64,000 bases of DNA from Candidatus Binatia bacterium. GTDB lineage: Bacteria; Desulfobacterota; Binatia; Bin18. The stretch lies in the NCBI GenBank assembly GCA_963666315.2, contig CAXXHG010000024.1:1-64000 (forward strand), read 5' to 3'. Positions 30,396 through 39,679 of this stretch are shown here, piece by piece (the stretch's first letter is position 1; each line of letters begins with the position of its first letter). The notes beneath the pieces were generated by a model, which worked only from the letters and a program-made list of their open reading frames with translations, did not search any database and was not told the DNA's origin. A program made the translations under genes and the position numbers.

Positions 30396-30698
30396 GATTA
30401 CGAGCCGGGGAGCAGACCGCAGGACCGAAGCTGGGCGCTCGTGCCGTCGATCAGGCCGGAAGACCGAAGAAAATTACCCCTGACTGAGGCGTTTACATTC
30501 GAACTGCACGTAACGTTCTGCCAGGCGGATCTTTCCAGGCTCAGGGACTGTAAGGAAAACTGCAAGATCGACAGAGAAGGAAAGCCCACGTCTCGATGGT
30601 TCTACGCTGAGCACGGAAACCAGCAGTATTGTTCTGCGCGATGTGGGAATCGCGCAGAACAATCGACGGTATCGCGAGCAGAAGAACTTGGCACGTGA
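30396..30698 (+). pseudogene. CGNR zinc-finger domain gene remnant upstream of integrase
   Basis: RLRDCKENC...RWFYA...QQYCSARCGNR; no convincing start. Confidence 0.55.
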
Positions 30699-30760
30699 GA
30701 ATCTGTGAAAGTGGCCCTGTCGAAGCGGCGACGAAAATAACGGGGAACAGAGGGCTAACG

Positions 30761-31867
30761 ATGCCGAAATATAAACATGGCTCAGGGACTGTGTATCTAC
30801 GCGGTCATACGTGGTGGATCAGTTACTCTGTGAAGGGCACGCAGGTCTGGGAATCGGCGCGGACGAGGGACAAGGCGGAAGCCAGAAGAGTATTGCGGGC
30901 GAAGCTCGGAAAGATCGCAGAGGGGCACTATGCAGGCCCAGCGATGGAACGGGTCACATTTGACGAACTGGCGGAGGGTATTCTCACTGACTATCGAATC
31001 AATGGCCGCAAAACGGCCAAATGGGTGGAGCAGCGCACCCGGCTGCATCTCCGCCCGTTCTTCGGCGCGCAAAAGGCCCAGGAGATAACCTCACAGGATG
31101 TGCAGGCGTTCATCCTGCATCGGCACGACCTTGGGGCGAGCAATGGGGAAATAGGGCGCGAATTGGCATGTCTCAAGCGCATGTTTAATCTCGCGTTGCA
31201 GGCAGAGAAGATAATCCGAAAGCCATACATCCCGACCCTCACTGAGGACAATGTGAGAAAAGGATTTTTTGAGCGTATCGAGTTTGATGCAGTGCTTGCC
31301 AAGCTACCAGAATATTTGCGTCCACCTATGACGTTTGCCTACCAAGTCGGCTGGCGCGTCATGAGTGAGGTACTACCGCTGACGTGGGAGCAAGTGGATT
31401 TGGAGGTGGGAACCGTCAGACTGGAAGTTGGGACGACAAAAACGAAGAAAGGTCGTCTCGTATATCTGCCCAACCTTTTGCGTGGCGTTCTTGAGAATCA
31501 GTGGCGCGAACACCTTGCGTACTATCCTGACTGCCCATACGTGTTTCACCGGAGTGGCAATGAAATCCGTTACCCATATGTGGCCTGGAGAAGGGCTTGC
31601 AAGGAGGCCGCGCTGGCGGGTAAGATTCCCCACGACTTCAGGCGAACCGCCGTAAGAAATAGGGTGAGGGCAGGTATCCCGGAGCGTGTGGCAATGGAAA
31701 TAGCAGGCCATAAGACAAGAAGCATTTTTGACCGCTGCCACATTGTTTCTGAGGGAGACCTGAAAGAGGCGGCTGAGCGCCTCGATGCAGCTTTTGAAGC
31801 GCAAACAATGACAAAAACAATGACAATCGACTGTTGTGAGGTGACTGCGCCTAGTCTAAGGCGTTGA
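30761..31867 (+). mobile_element. Tyrosine recombinase/phage integrase, probably inactive (catalytic Tyr read as Cys)
   Basis: GWR..EV, TKTKKGR, PHDFRRT, AGHKT motifs; SIFDRCHIV where DRY is expected. Confidence 0.88.
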
Positions 31868-31879
31868 TTTTGTTACTGT

Positions 31880-31964
31880 GCCGGAGTGGTGGAATAGGCA
31901 GACACATGGGACTTAAAATCCCATGAAGCATAGCTTCGTGCGGGTTCAAGTCCCGCCTCCGGCA
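31880..31964 (+). tRNA. tRNA-Leu (anticodon TAA), CCA not encoded
   Basis: GCCGGAG/CTCCGGC acceptor stem, TGGGA-CTTAAAA-TCCCA anticodon arm, long variable arm, GGGTTCAAGTCCC T-arm. Confidence 0.95.
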
Positions 31965-31981
31965 TCAATAAAATCAGTAGG

Positions 31982-33213
31982 TTACGAGGTTTCTGCCGCG
32001 CTCTGTTTTGGCGCGGTGTTCTTTTTCGTGGTACCCTCGTTGTAACTTTTTCGCGATGAATCGTTTGATTTGCCCGTTATAAGGTCTTTGAAGCTTCTTG
32101 GGGCATCGTCGCCTTGGACACTGCGCAGATGGTCGAGCTGCGCACGGAGATAGGACTCGGCTGAGGCACGGCTGTTGCCGCTGATCGCCCGTACTGCGTC
32201 AAGCGGCTGGTTTTCCACGATTACTTTCTGGGTCATTCACGTGCCCTTCAAATCGTGGAGCCAGAGCCCGACGATGCCTGTTTTTTTCCGGGCCTGGCGG
32301 AAGGGCCACTCGACTTTGCTGTATGCGACCGGTTGCCCGGCGGGCGCCAGAAATAGGCGGTTGCTCAGGGATCTTATTTTTTTGCCTTTGCGCGCCTCCC
32401 AGAGGGTGAGCAAGGTCTCGGCCGCATATTGGCTCAACGGCACGAGACGCGGCTTTTTGGTTTTGGTGTGGGTGGAGGTGACGCGGATAAGCGCCTGGTC
32501 AAAGTCGATGGTCGGTGGCATGGGGTCGTTCCACTCACCTGTTGGCCATTCGAGCTGTATCACCTCGTTGGCCCGCATACCTGTCTGACGTTGCAGGATG
32601 AGGGGCGGGCGCGCATAGTCGGCATGGCGTCCAATATCTGGGCGAGCTCTTCTGGTGACGCGATACGCGTCCGCTTGTTGTTCTCTTGCTCTAAATGGAT
32701 CACTGGGCGTCGGTCGATCTTCCCGCCTTGTTCGGCCAGGATGAACATGGAGCGTAGGAGTGCCAGCTCCCTGTTCATCCTGGCGATGGAAGGGGGGCGT
32801 TTGTGACGTGTGATCTGCTGTCCGCGCCACAGTTTGTATTCTGCGACACGACTCGTTGTGACGTCTTCGAGTCGATCTTCTCCGAAGAAGTCTGTGAGTG
32901 ATCGTGCGGAATAATGGTCTCTCCTGATGCTGCGTTTGTTGGCGTGGAGGGTCAGCCAGGTCTGCGCCCACTCTGCAAAGGTCAGGTGGTTGCGCTCCTG
33001 CTCTTGTTGCTCACGGTCGAAGTCGAAGCGCTGGGCATTTTGGACCAAGCGGCGGTCACGTTCCTTGAGCGCGAATCTGAGATTGTCGCCGCAGGGAAAG
33101 CGCCGCCGGACTTGTTTCCAGTCACGGAAGGCCACGTAGTACTGGAGGCGCTGCTTGGCGTCTTGAGTTGTGTATTCCTGGGTCGCGATGTGATGGTGTT
33201 TTTTGCGTGGCAT
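31982..33213 (-). pseudogene. Second tyrosine integrase, frameshift near 32620 and in-frame TGA at 32237-32239
   Basis: N-terminal TFAEWA..SIARMNRELALL; then TGMRANEV, TKTKKPRLVPL, WLHDLKGT*, then AISGNS..AESYL in ORF 31982..32236. Confidence 0.85.
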
Positions 33214-33222
33214 GGGCTACTC

Positions 33223-33528
33223 TCACGACAGCAGAGATTTCAGGTCTTCCGCTGGTTCCCACGGCTCTATGAGGATGCTGTCCATGAGCTGTTCGCGCAC
33301 GGGCTTTGAAACATAGCCGTCGACATCCATGCAGCGGACCAAGAGTTCGCTACCATACAGATAGTCGTGTAGCCCATGGTCAAAGGCACCGTCACGGGCA
33401 CGGACACGGTCAAGGTTAAGGTCAAGGGCAACGTCACGGTCACCGGCACGGTCAAAGGCAAGCTCAAGAATATAGAAAAGAGCGAGTAAGCGTGACGCCG
33501 AAGGTGACAGGGGGGTAGCAGGTTTCAC
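33223..33528 (-). CDS. Hypothetical protein with DLxLDR-type low-complexity tract, upstream of the integrase pseudogene
   Basis: ORF directly 5' of the integrase on the same strand. Confidence 0.4.
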   Translation of the reverse strand: MKPATPLSPSASRLLALFYILELAFDRAGDRDVALDLNLDRVRARDGAFDHGLHDYLYGSELLVRCMDVDGYVSKPVREQLMDSILIEPWEPAEDLKSLLS

Positions 33529-33664
33529 GCACTCAGCGGCTTGCTGCCACCTAGGGGACCGCCCTGAGCCAAGACCTATGTTTCTAGAAATCGGGGCTAT
33601 CCCTAAAAGGTAATGAGGACGTATCCCTAGAGGAAGCGTCTTTTTGAAGTCTACCGGCTCCCAA

Positions 33665-33780
33665 ACACGGGATTATGATTCCGAGACAGGGCGATGGACG
33701 GCGAAAGATCCGATTCGGTTTGGTGGGAGTGATATTAATCTCTACGAATATGTCTTCAATGATCCGGTAAATGAAGTAGA
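33665..33780 (+). pseudogene. Rhs repeat-associated core fragment
   Basis: [35 protein letters not shown] is the conserved Rhs core-end motif; the rest of the gene is absent. Confidence 0.8.
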
Positions 33781-33798
33781 GTATAAGCCAACCAACGA

Positions 33799-34644
33799 TT
33801 GTCCATGTCGAGCATCTTTTTTATCTTTTTCATTTGGGTCTCAGCCTGTGCCCTTGCTGGCTGCCTGGAATTCAAGGGCGACCCGCCTGAACTGGGTCAC
33901 TATGCCTATGGCCCCGATCAATCTGTAACAAGGTGTGTCTTAAACGAACGACAGGGCAGGGGTGGCGTGACGAATGACGAGCAATCAGAAAGCGGAATTA
34001 CATTCTCCGTCCGAACGCCGGTCAATTATGACCCCACGCTCTCTCATCCGCTCCTCATGGTATACGCCCCTGCTGGATCGAGCCGTTTTCGCTCCGAGCG
34101 TTTTACTGGTCTGACTTTTGCAGCCACTGCGGCTGGGTTTGTGGTCGCCTACGCGGATGCGCGCCGACTCTCGCTCGACGGTATTCCGGACCTGGGGACT
34201 ATCCCTCAGCTCATTGCAAAAAAATGGTGTATCGATGAAAAGCGCATCTATCTGACTGGCCATTCCGATGGCGGCACGGTTGCGCTTGCTCTCGCGCTCT
34301 TAGACGAGACGCGCCATATCCCGGCTGCTATTGCTCCGAGCGCGGCTGGATTCACGGAGGCGGATTTAGAAACGTTTATGTGTCCAGACGCGCTGCCCGC
34401 TATGATTTTGCACAGTGCCGATGATCAGCTTTTCCCTGGGTACGGAGCGGAAATCGCTTCTTGGTTGGCCGCTTGTAATGGATGTCAGGCGCATCCCGGT
34501 GAAAAGGACGAAAACGGGTGTATGACCTACTCCGGCTGCGAGGAGGGAAGGCAGACTGTGTATTGTGAAGGAACAGGCGCGCATAGTGTATGGCCCACTC
34601 TCGATACCGTACTCCTTTCTTTTTTCGCGGGCAAACCTCAGTAG
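33799..34644 (+). CDS. PHB depolymerase/LpqC-like alpha/beta-hydrolase lipoprotein
   Basis: Lipobox ALAGC; [15 protein letters not shown] nucleophile elbow, HSADD, GAHSVWP. Confidence 0.85.
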   Translation: MSMSSIFFIFFIWVSACALAGCLEFKGDPPELGHYAYGPDQSVTRCVLNERQGRGGVTNDEQSESGITFSVRTPVNYDPTLSHPLLMVYAPAGSSRFRSERFTGLTFAATAAGFVVAYADARRLSLDGIPDLGTIPQLIAKKWCIDEKRIYLTGHSDGGTVALALALLDETRHIPAAIAPSAAGFTEADLETFMCPDALPAMILHSADDQLFPGYGAEIASWLAACNGCQAHPGEKDENGCMTYSGCEEGRQTVYCEGTGAHSVWPTLDTVLLSFFAGKPQ

Positions 34645-34800
34645 TGGCGGGGGCAGGGGCACGGCATGCTGCGTACGGGCGGGTGCTGGGCGGGTGCTGG
34701 GTGTGTGCTGGGTGTGTGAGGAGTTGTCTGTATAGCTTCAGCCTGCTATCAGAATGCTGTTTATGTAGCTGATACTGTTGGTGAATGGTTGAAATTTCAG

Positions 34801-34862
34801 AATTATTCTGAGAATAATTCTCAGAATAATTCTCAGAATAGTTGCTATAATAGTTACTATAG
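34801..34862. promoter_or_regulatory. AT-rich nested palindromes/12-bp repeats directly before the monooxygenase cluster
   Basis: aattattct-g-agaataatt, ttctgagaat-a-attctcagaa, atagttgctat, atagttactat. Confidence 0.5.
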
Positions 34863-35450
34863 ATGAGTAGTGCCAGCCGTATCTTCTTTTCTCTCTTGTT
34901 GCTGACAGTGATTGGTTGCTTAGGCTCCCCTGTCGCGTGGGCGCATCGAGACAGAGGACCGGATGACCCCTGTCGACGGGAAATCGGAACTTCGCTCCTC
35001 CATATCACCGTCTACCAGACCCAGTTTGACCCCGTGGCTGAATATTGTGAAGAAGTCCCACACGCGGGGAAGGCCTTCTTAGTTGTAGATGTGACCCCGG
35101 ATCTGTGGGGGATGCCCATCGGGGTGGAACTCGTTGCGACAAATGAAGTCGGCCAGACGCGTACTATCCTCTCGCTGCCTACACAAGTGTATGAGCGCGG
35201 GGTGGCCAATACGGAAGTGGTTTTGAACCCTGAGGTCAGCTATGAGGTGCGCGTTGTCTTAGAGCTGGGATCCGACCGAGAACCGCAGGAATTTTCATTT
35301 CCCTTTCAGGTTGCAGCATGGTATAAGGCCCTGATCATCCCAGCCCTGATTGTGCTCGGGCTGATCGTTATCATGGCCGTATCCGTAGTTCGGTATAATG
35401 TAGTCTCGCGGCGGGAAGAAGCGCTAGCGGAACAAATGGATGCAGTATAA
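34863..35450 (+). CDS. pmoD: PmoD/AmoD-like periplasmic copper protein
   Basis: Signal AWA|H; DPC-x7-LLHITVYQ...EYCEEVP..G..LVVD; C-terminal TM. Confidence 0.75.
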   Translation: MSSASRIFFSLLLLTVIGCLGSPVAWAHRDRGPDDPCRREIGTSLLHITVYQTQFDPVAEYCEEVPHAGKAFLVVDVTPDLWGMPIGVELVATNEVGQTRTILSLPTQVYERGVANTEVVLNPEVSYEVRVVLELGSDREPQEFSFPFQVAAWYKALIIPALIVLGLIVIMAVSVVRYNVVSRREEALAEQMDAV

Positions 35451-35513
35451 GGTGATAGCATCACAAAGTGACAACGTCACCAACACAGGCGCGAATATAG
35501 AGGAGGGACACTT

Positions 35514-36362
35514 ATGGCTCAGGCACAAGCTGTGCAAAAGGCACCAAAGGGTTCTGGCGACGGCTCGATGACGAGTGGTAGCCCTGTCAATCCGATGGAC
35601 TGGTCGGTTGGATGGCATCCGTTGTTCTGGGGCTGCGGGCTCATCATGTTAGCCAACGTCTTTTTCTGGTACTGGAATTACGCCTTCATGTTAACGGCTG
35701 GACTCAACTCGGCCAGTCCGGAATTCAGCACGTATTACATGACGCTGTTCTGGGGCGAGCTCATCGTCTTAGGCATCTTTAGTGGCGTATGGTTTGGCTG
35801 GTTGATACGGACCGGCCGTGCCATTCAAGGCCAAGAGTGCTCGCCTGCCGAAGAGGTACGCCGGATCGCAATTTTGTGGAGCCTCATTGGCGCGCTGAGT
35901 CTGTCCGTTTATATGGAAGCGAGCTTCTGGCCCAACTGGGATGGATCTTGGCATCAAACCATGGTGCGGGACACCGCGCTCACGCCGACCCATATTCCGA
36001 TGTTTTATTTCTTCTTCCCCCTGTCGGCCATTCTGGCCATCGGCACCTATGTCTACGGGCGGTATTACATTCCCGCTCTGTACGGTAAAGACAAGGGCTT
36101 TCCGTGGTCGTTCTTCTTGTTGATTAGTGCGTGTGCGCTCGAAGTTATGGGTGTTGCGTTCAACGAATGGGGCCATAGTCTGTGGATCTCGGAGGAGATT
36201 TTCTCCGTGCCCTTTCACTGGCCGTTCGTCATCTATGGCTGGCTTGCCGCCGGCATGTTCGCCGTGTGGGGTGAGACTGCCCTGCGTCTATACGAGGTTG
36301 AGAAGATTGAGGAGGACGCCAATTTAGAATCCTCGCTTGAGCCGAACATGGTCGCTGACTGA
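35514..36362 (+). CDS. pmoC: Copper membrane monooxygenase subunit C (PmoC/AmoC family, divergent; substrate unknown)
   Basis: GLNSASPEF, EEVRR, DGSWHQTMVRDTALTPTH, NEWGHSLWISEEIFSVPFHWPFVIYGW. Confidence 0.93.
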   Translation: MAQAQAVQKAPKGSGDGSMTSGSPVNPMDWSVGWHPLFWGCGLIMLANVFFWYWNYAFMLTAGLNSASPEFSTYYMTLFWGELIVLGIFSGVWFGWLIRTGRAIQGQECSPAEEVRRIAILWSLIGALSLSVYMEASFWPNWDGSWHQTMVRDTALTPTHIPMFYFFFPLSAILAIGTYVYGRYYIPALYGKDKGFPWSFFLLISACALEVMGVAFNEWGHSLWISEEIFSVPFHWPFVIYGWLAAGMFAVWGETALRLYEVEKIEEDANLESSLEPNMVAD

Positions 36363-36442
36363 TACTGGTACAGGTTTGCGTTCGATTGAACACGGATAAC
36401 CTCAGATAACCTCGGGGATCCTGGTACAGAGAGGCAGCACGC

Positions 36443-37246
36443 ATGGCGGCAGGCACGACAACGGTAACGGACCTTGCAGACGCAGCCGAACGGCAAAAAC
36501 GGCTCGAACTCAAGGAACTGCTCAACAAAAAATACAAATGGCTAGACTGGAAGTGGGACCTCGTCTTCTGGACCACGGCCATCTTCGTGGTTGCCGGCGC
36601 TGGCGATATTACCAAGCAGTTGTTCGCCGGCGATTGGGACTTCTGGACTGACTGGAAAGATCAGCAGTGGTGGCCGGTTATCACGGCCTTTGCCACCATC
36701 ATCATCCCGTCCGCGCTCCAATACATTCAGTGGGCAGCCTGGCGGTTTCCGACCGGCGCGACCTACACCGCCTGCTGCATGTTTATGGCGGCCTGGGTGG
36801 GGCGTTATTTTCAGTGGGATTTGGCAACCCACTACCCGCTGAACTTTGTGTGGCCCATCTCCTTGGTGTGCGCTGGGATCTTGATGGACTGGACCCTGAT
36901 GAAGACGAAGAGCTTCATCCTGACATCACTCGTTGGCGCGCATGTCTGGGCGATCGCGGTGTGGGCGTATAATTATGTTCCGTTGGCTGCCTTTCTGCAG
37001 CCGGCCCATTTTATGGACCATGTAATCACGATCGCGGATGTCCAAGGAATCGCGTATATCCGGTCACAGACGCCGGAATACCTGCGCATGATCGAGCGCG
37101 GTGCGTTGCGCAGTTTCCTGGGTGAGACCCAGTATGTCTCGCTGGTGTTCGGTGGTACTGTCGCGTTTCTCGGATACTGGGTGGGTCAGTTCATTGGCCG
37201 CTACTTGGCAATTTGGCCGATTCGACGCTACTTGAAAACCTTGTGA
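36443..37246 (+). CDS. pmoA: Copper membrane monooxygenase subunit A (PmoA/AmoA family, divergent)
   Basis: AGDWDFWTDWKDQQWWP, PTGAT, YPLNFVWP, TIADVQG..YIRSQTPEYLRMIERGALRSF. Confidence 0.93.
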   Translation: MAAGTTTVTDLADAAERQKRLELKELLNKKYKWLDWKWDLVFWTTAIFVVAGAGDITKQLFAGDWDFWTDWKDQQWWPVITAFATIIIPSALQYIQWAAWRFPTGATYTACCMFMAAWVGRYFQWDLATHYPLNFVWPISLVCAGILMDWTLMKTKSFILTSLVGAHVWAIAVWAYNYVPLAAFLQPAHFMDHVITIADVQGIAYIRSQTPEYLRMIERGALRSFLGETQYVSLVFGGTVAFLGYWVGQFIGRYLAIWPIRRYLKTL

Positions 37247-37253
37247 GACGGCT

Positions 37254-37589
37254 ATGATGAGCGTAGCGAAATCGGTCAGAAATTGCATAGTGCCGTTTGT
37301 GTTCATGTGTATTGCGCCCTCGCTGGCGCATGCGCACGGGATGGACGCGGCGGCGATGGCGCCACCTCTTATTACCTCCGGGCTGCTGGCGTTTGTGTGT
37401 TATTGGTTGGTGATGTTGTGGCCTGCGTCAAAAAGAGAAGGCGCCTGGATGAATGGGTCTGGGGCTGCGCAGCCCTCGGAAAAGTTTCAGACCATACGCA
37501 TTAAGCGCAAGCCGCGCCTGCGTGTCATAGAGACGAGCAGGCAGCGCGAGGACGACCAGCCGGCGACAAGGAGAGCGGCCGATGGCTAG
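37254..37589 (+). CDS. Small exported single-TM protein of unknown function between pmoA-like and pmoB-like genes
   Basis: Signal AHA|HGMD, hydrophobic helix LITSGLLAFVCYWLVMLW, basic tail; starts 8 nt after the pmoA stop and its stop overlaps the pmoB start region. Confidence 0.7.
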   Translation: MMSVAKSVRNCIVPFVFMCIAPSLAHAHGMDAAAMAPPLITSGLLAFVCYWLVMLWPASKREGAWMNGSGAAQPSEKFQTIRIKRKPRLRVIETSRQREDDQPATRRAADG

Positions 37590-38829
37590 GCGATTCGTCA
37601 TCAGCGTCTGCACGCTGGCTCTTGCCGGACTTATCAGTGTCCCCAGGGTGTTCGCTCATGGTGAAGCCGCTGACGAGCCTTTTCTCAAGAACATGACCAC
37701 GGCGTTTTTCAATGTATCGATTTCTCCCACCGAAATCGAAGTCGGAGAGCCTATTCGCATTACTGGTTCCGTGAAGATCTTGGAGATCTGGCCGCATACC
37801 TTAGATACACCGGAAATGGCCTCCATTATTCCCGTCGTGCCTGGTCCGGTGTTTGTCTTGAGGGAACGGCTGGTCAATGGGCAGGCCTCGATAGGTTCGT
37901 TCTTCGCGCAAAAAGGCGGCATTTATGAGTTCGACATGGAGCTCTTGGGCAAAGAACCCGGAGACTGGCACGTCCATCCCGGTATAGCCATCCAGGGGAC
38001 GGGCACGCTGCTGGGACCAGGTGAATGGGTCCGAGTCAAACCCAGCGCTACGCCGCTTGAATTTCCGGTGACCTTGCTGTCCGGGGAGACGATCGAACTC
38101 AGCACGTATGGCGGTCAATTCGTCTGGTGGTGGTCATTTGCCGGATTCTTGCTCGGTGTCGTCTGGATATTGTACTGGACGCTGAACAAAAGGACGGTGG
38201 CAACCCTTGCCGTAACTATCCAGCTTCCGGTCAATGATGATGCGCCCGACATTGGCTTGATCACCCCGCGTGACCACATGTGGATGAATGTCATTGCCGG
38301 CGTCACCTTGGTGATGCTCGTTGTCGGCTGGACCTATGCCACAACAAATGCACCGGTCCGGTGGCCGCAGCAGACCGACTGGTTTACGCCCCGCTTTATT
38401 TCTTCGGGCGAAAAGATGGCCGAGGTGCATACCAACGGAGCAACCTTTGATGAGGCGTCCGACACCCTGGAAATGAAGCTCCAGGTTACGAATGTGCTAG
38501 ACAGCGAAATCCAGCTCAAGCAACTCATCGTGGCCATGGCGACGTTTGTGAACGGCGGCGAGCAGGAGCAAGCCCAAGCCGGGCCGAGTGATTTCGTTGG
38601 CGCTCTGGAAGTGTCGCCGAATGGAACCGTTGCCCCTGGAGAAACCAAAGATCTCACGTTGACGGTAACGAGCACGCTGTTCAGTCAAGAACGGCTGATA
38701 CCTCAGAACGCCCCGCAGCAATTTCTTGGTGGAGTCCTCCGGTTCGAGAATGCGCAGGGCGAGCATGAATTAGTGACGGTTCGTTCGGGTGTCATATCAA
38801 CACAGTTCCGTTCGACCTACCGCCCGTAA
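37582..38829 (+). CDS. pmoB: Copper membrane monooxygenase subunit B (PmoB/AmoB family, divergent)
   Basis: Signal VFA|HGE, PGPVF, PGDWHVHP..QGTGTLLGPGEWV, VTLLSGETIEL, two TM helices, second domain with VAPGETK and GGVLRF. Confidence 0.93.
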   Translation: MARRFVISVCTLALAGLISVPRVFAHGEAADEPFLKNMTTAFFNVSISPTEIEVGEPIRITGSVKILEIWPHTLDTPEMASIIPVVPGPVFVLRERLVNGQASIGSFFAQKGGIYEFDMELLGKEPGDWHVHPGIAIQGTGTLLGPGEWVRVKPSATPLEFPVTLLSGETIELSTYGGQFVWWWSFAGFLLGVVWILYWTLNKRTVATLAVTIQLPVNDDAPDIGLITPRDHMWMNVIAGVTLVMLVVGWTYATTNAPVRWPQQTDWFTPRFISSGEKMAEVHTNGATFDEASDTLEMKLQVTNVLDSEIQLKQLIVAMATFVNGGEQEQAQAGPSDFVGALEVSPNGTVAPGETKDLTLTVTSTLFSQERLIPQNAPQQFLGGVLRFENAQGEHELVTVRSGVISTQFRSTYRP

Positions 38830-38882
38830 ACGGTCTTGCCGGCAGCCCGACTCCCCCTGTTGGATGGAATCCAGGAATCAAA

Positions 38883-39464
38883 TTGGTGGGCAGTATCTTG
38901 TCAGTGTTCTCTCTCGTCGCTATCTTCCTCGTGCCAATATCGGCCTGGGCGCACGGTGGCGTCGCGATCGACATGGACCCGTGCGTGCAGCGTGCCGGCG
39001 CCTATCTGGTCCATTTTTCTGCGTACCAACCGCAAGTGAATGCAATCGAGGAATTCTGTAGTAGCGTTCCGCAAACGGGCAATGTGATCCTCGTTTTCGA
39101 TCTGATTGATCCCGAACTGCGCAAGAAATCGGCTGCCGTTCGCATTGTTGAAGAGACCGGGGCGGCTGAACCTCGTCTGCTGCTCGATATCCCGCCAAAA
39201 ATCTATCCCAATGGGGTCGTGAATGCTGAGGTTAGGCTTGATACGCCGGGCCGGTATACGGCCATTCTGACGATTGATGATGTCGACGACTCGATCGAAT
39301 TTCCTATCCGCGTGGCGGTGCTCTCGACCACGATGATGGTGCTGATCGGTGGCATCGTGGTCGGCAGTGGTGTGGGCTATTATGCGGTCAGTCGGAAACA
39401 GGGTTGGCCTCCATTCAAAGCAAAAAACGAGTCGTCACTCCGGTTGGTGAAAGGGGAAGGATGA
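38883..39464 (+). CDS. pmoD: Second PmoD/AmoD-like protein
   Basis: AWA|HGGV..DPC-x7-LVHFSAYQP...EFCSSVPQTGNVILVFDLIDPELR; C-terminal TM. Confidence 0.85.
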   Translation: MVGSILSVFSLVAIFLVPISAWAHGGVAIDMDPCVQRAGAYLVHFSAYQPQVNAIEEFCSSVPQTGNVILVFDLIDPELRKKSAAVRIVEETGAAEPRLLLDIPPKIYPNGVVNAEVRLDTPGRYTAILTIDDVDDSIEFPIRVAVLSTTMMVLIGGIVVGSGVGYYAVSRKQGWPPFKAKNESSLRLVKGEG

Positions 39465-39493
39465 GCGGAAAACGCCCTGCCGGCGGGAGAGGC

Positions 39494-39526
39494 CCCGTTC
39501 GTGCTGAGCTTGTCGAAGCAGGAACG
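39494..39526. repeat. CTTCGACAAGCTCAG-family palindromic repeat
   Basis: cccgttcgtgctgagcttgtcgaagcaggaacg; related copies near 9673 and at 52720-52806. Confidence 0.65.
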
Positions 39527-39679
39527 CGAAGGGATAATGATCAAATGGAAACAATATCGGAGCGCCAAACGAAGCGCGTGGCGGACTATGCGGCAGGCCG
39601 TGCAGATGCTCAAGCAGTTTTGAAGGACCTTGAGATGCTGCAGTTAGAGTTGCTGAAAAACTGAGACCACGACTATCCT

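Noticed and set aside
32237-32239. Integrase TGA as selenocysteine
   Set aside because: Not a Cys position, gene also frameshifted, no clear SECIS
35514-38829. Calling the organism a methanotroph or ammonia oxidiser
   Set aside because: Substrate cannot be read from such divergent sequences; no hao or mxa genes in the window
39404-39664. Small ORF after the second pmoD-like gene
   Set aside because: Partly made of a palindromic repeat; coding status unsupported
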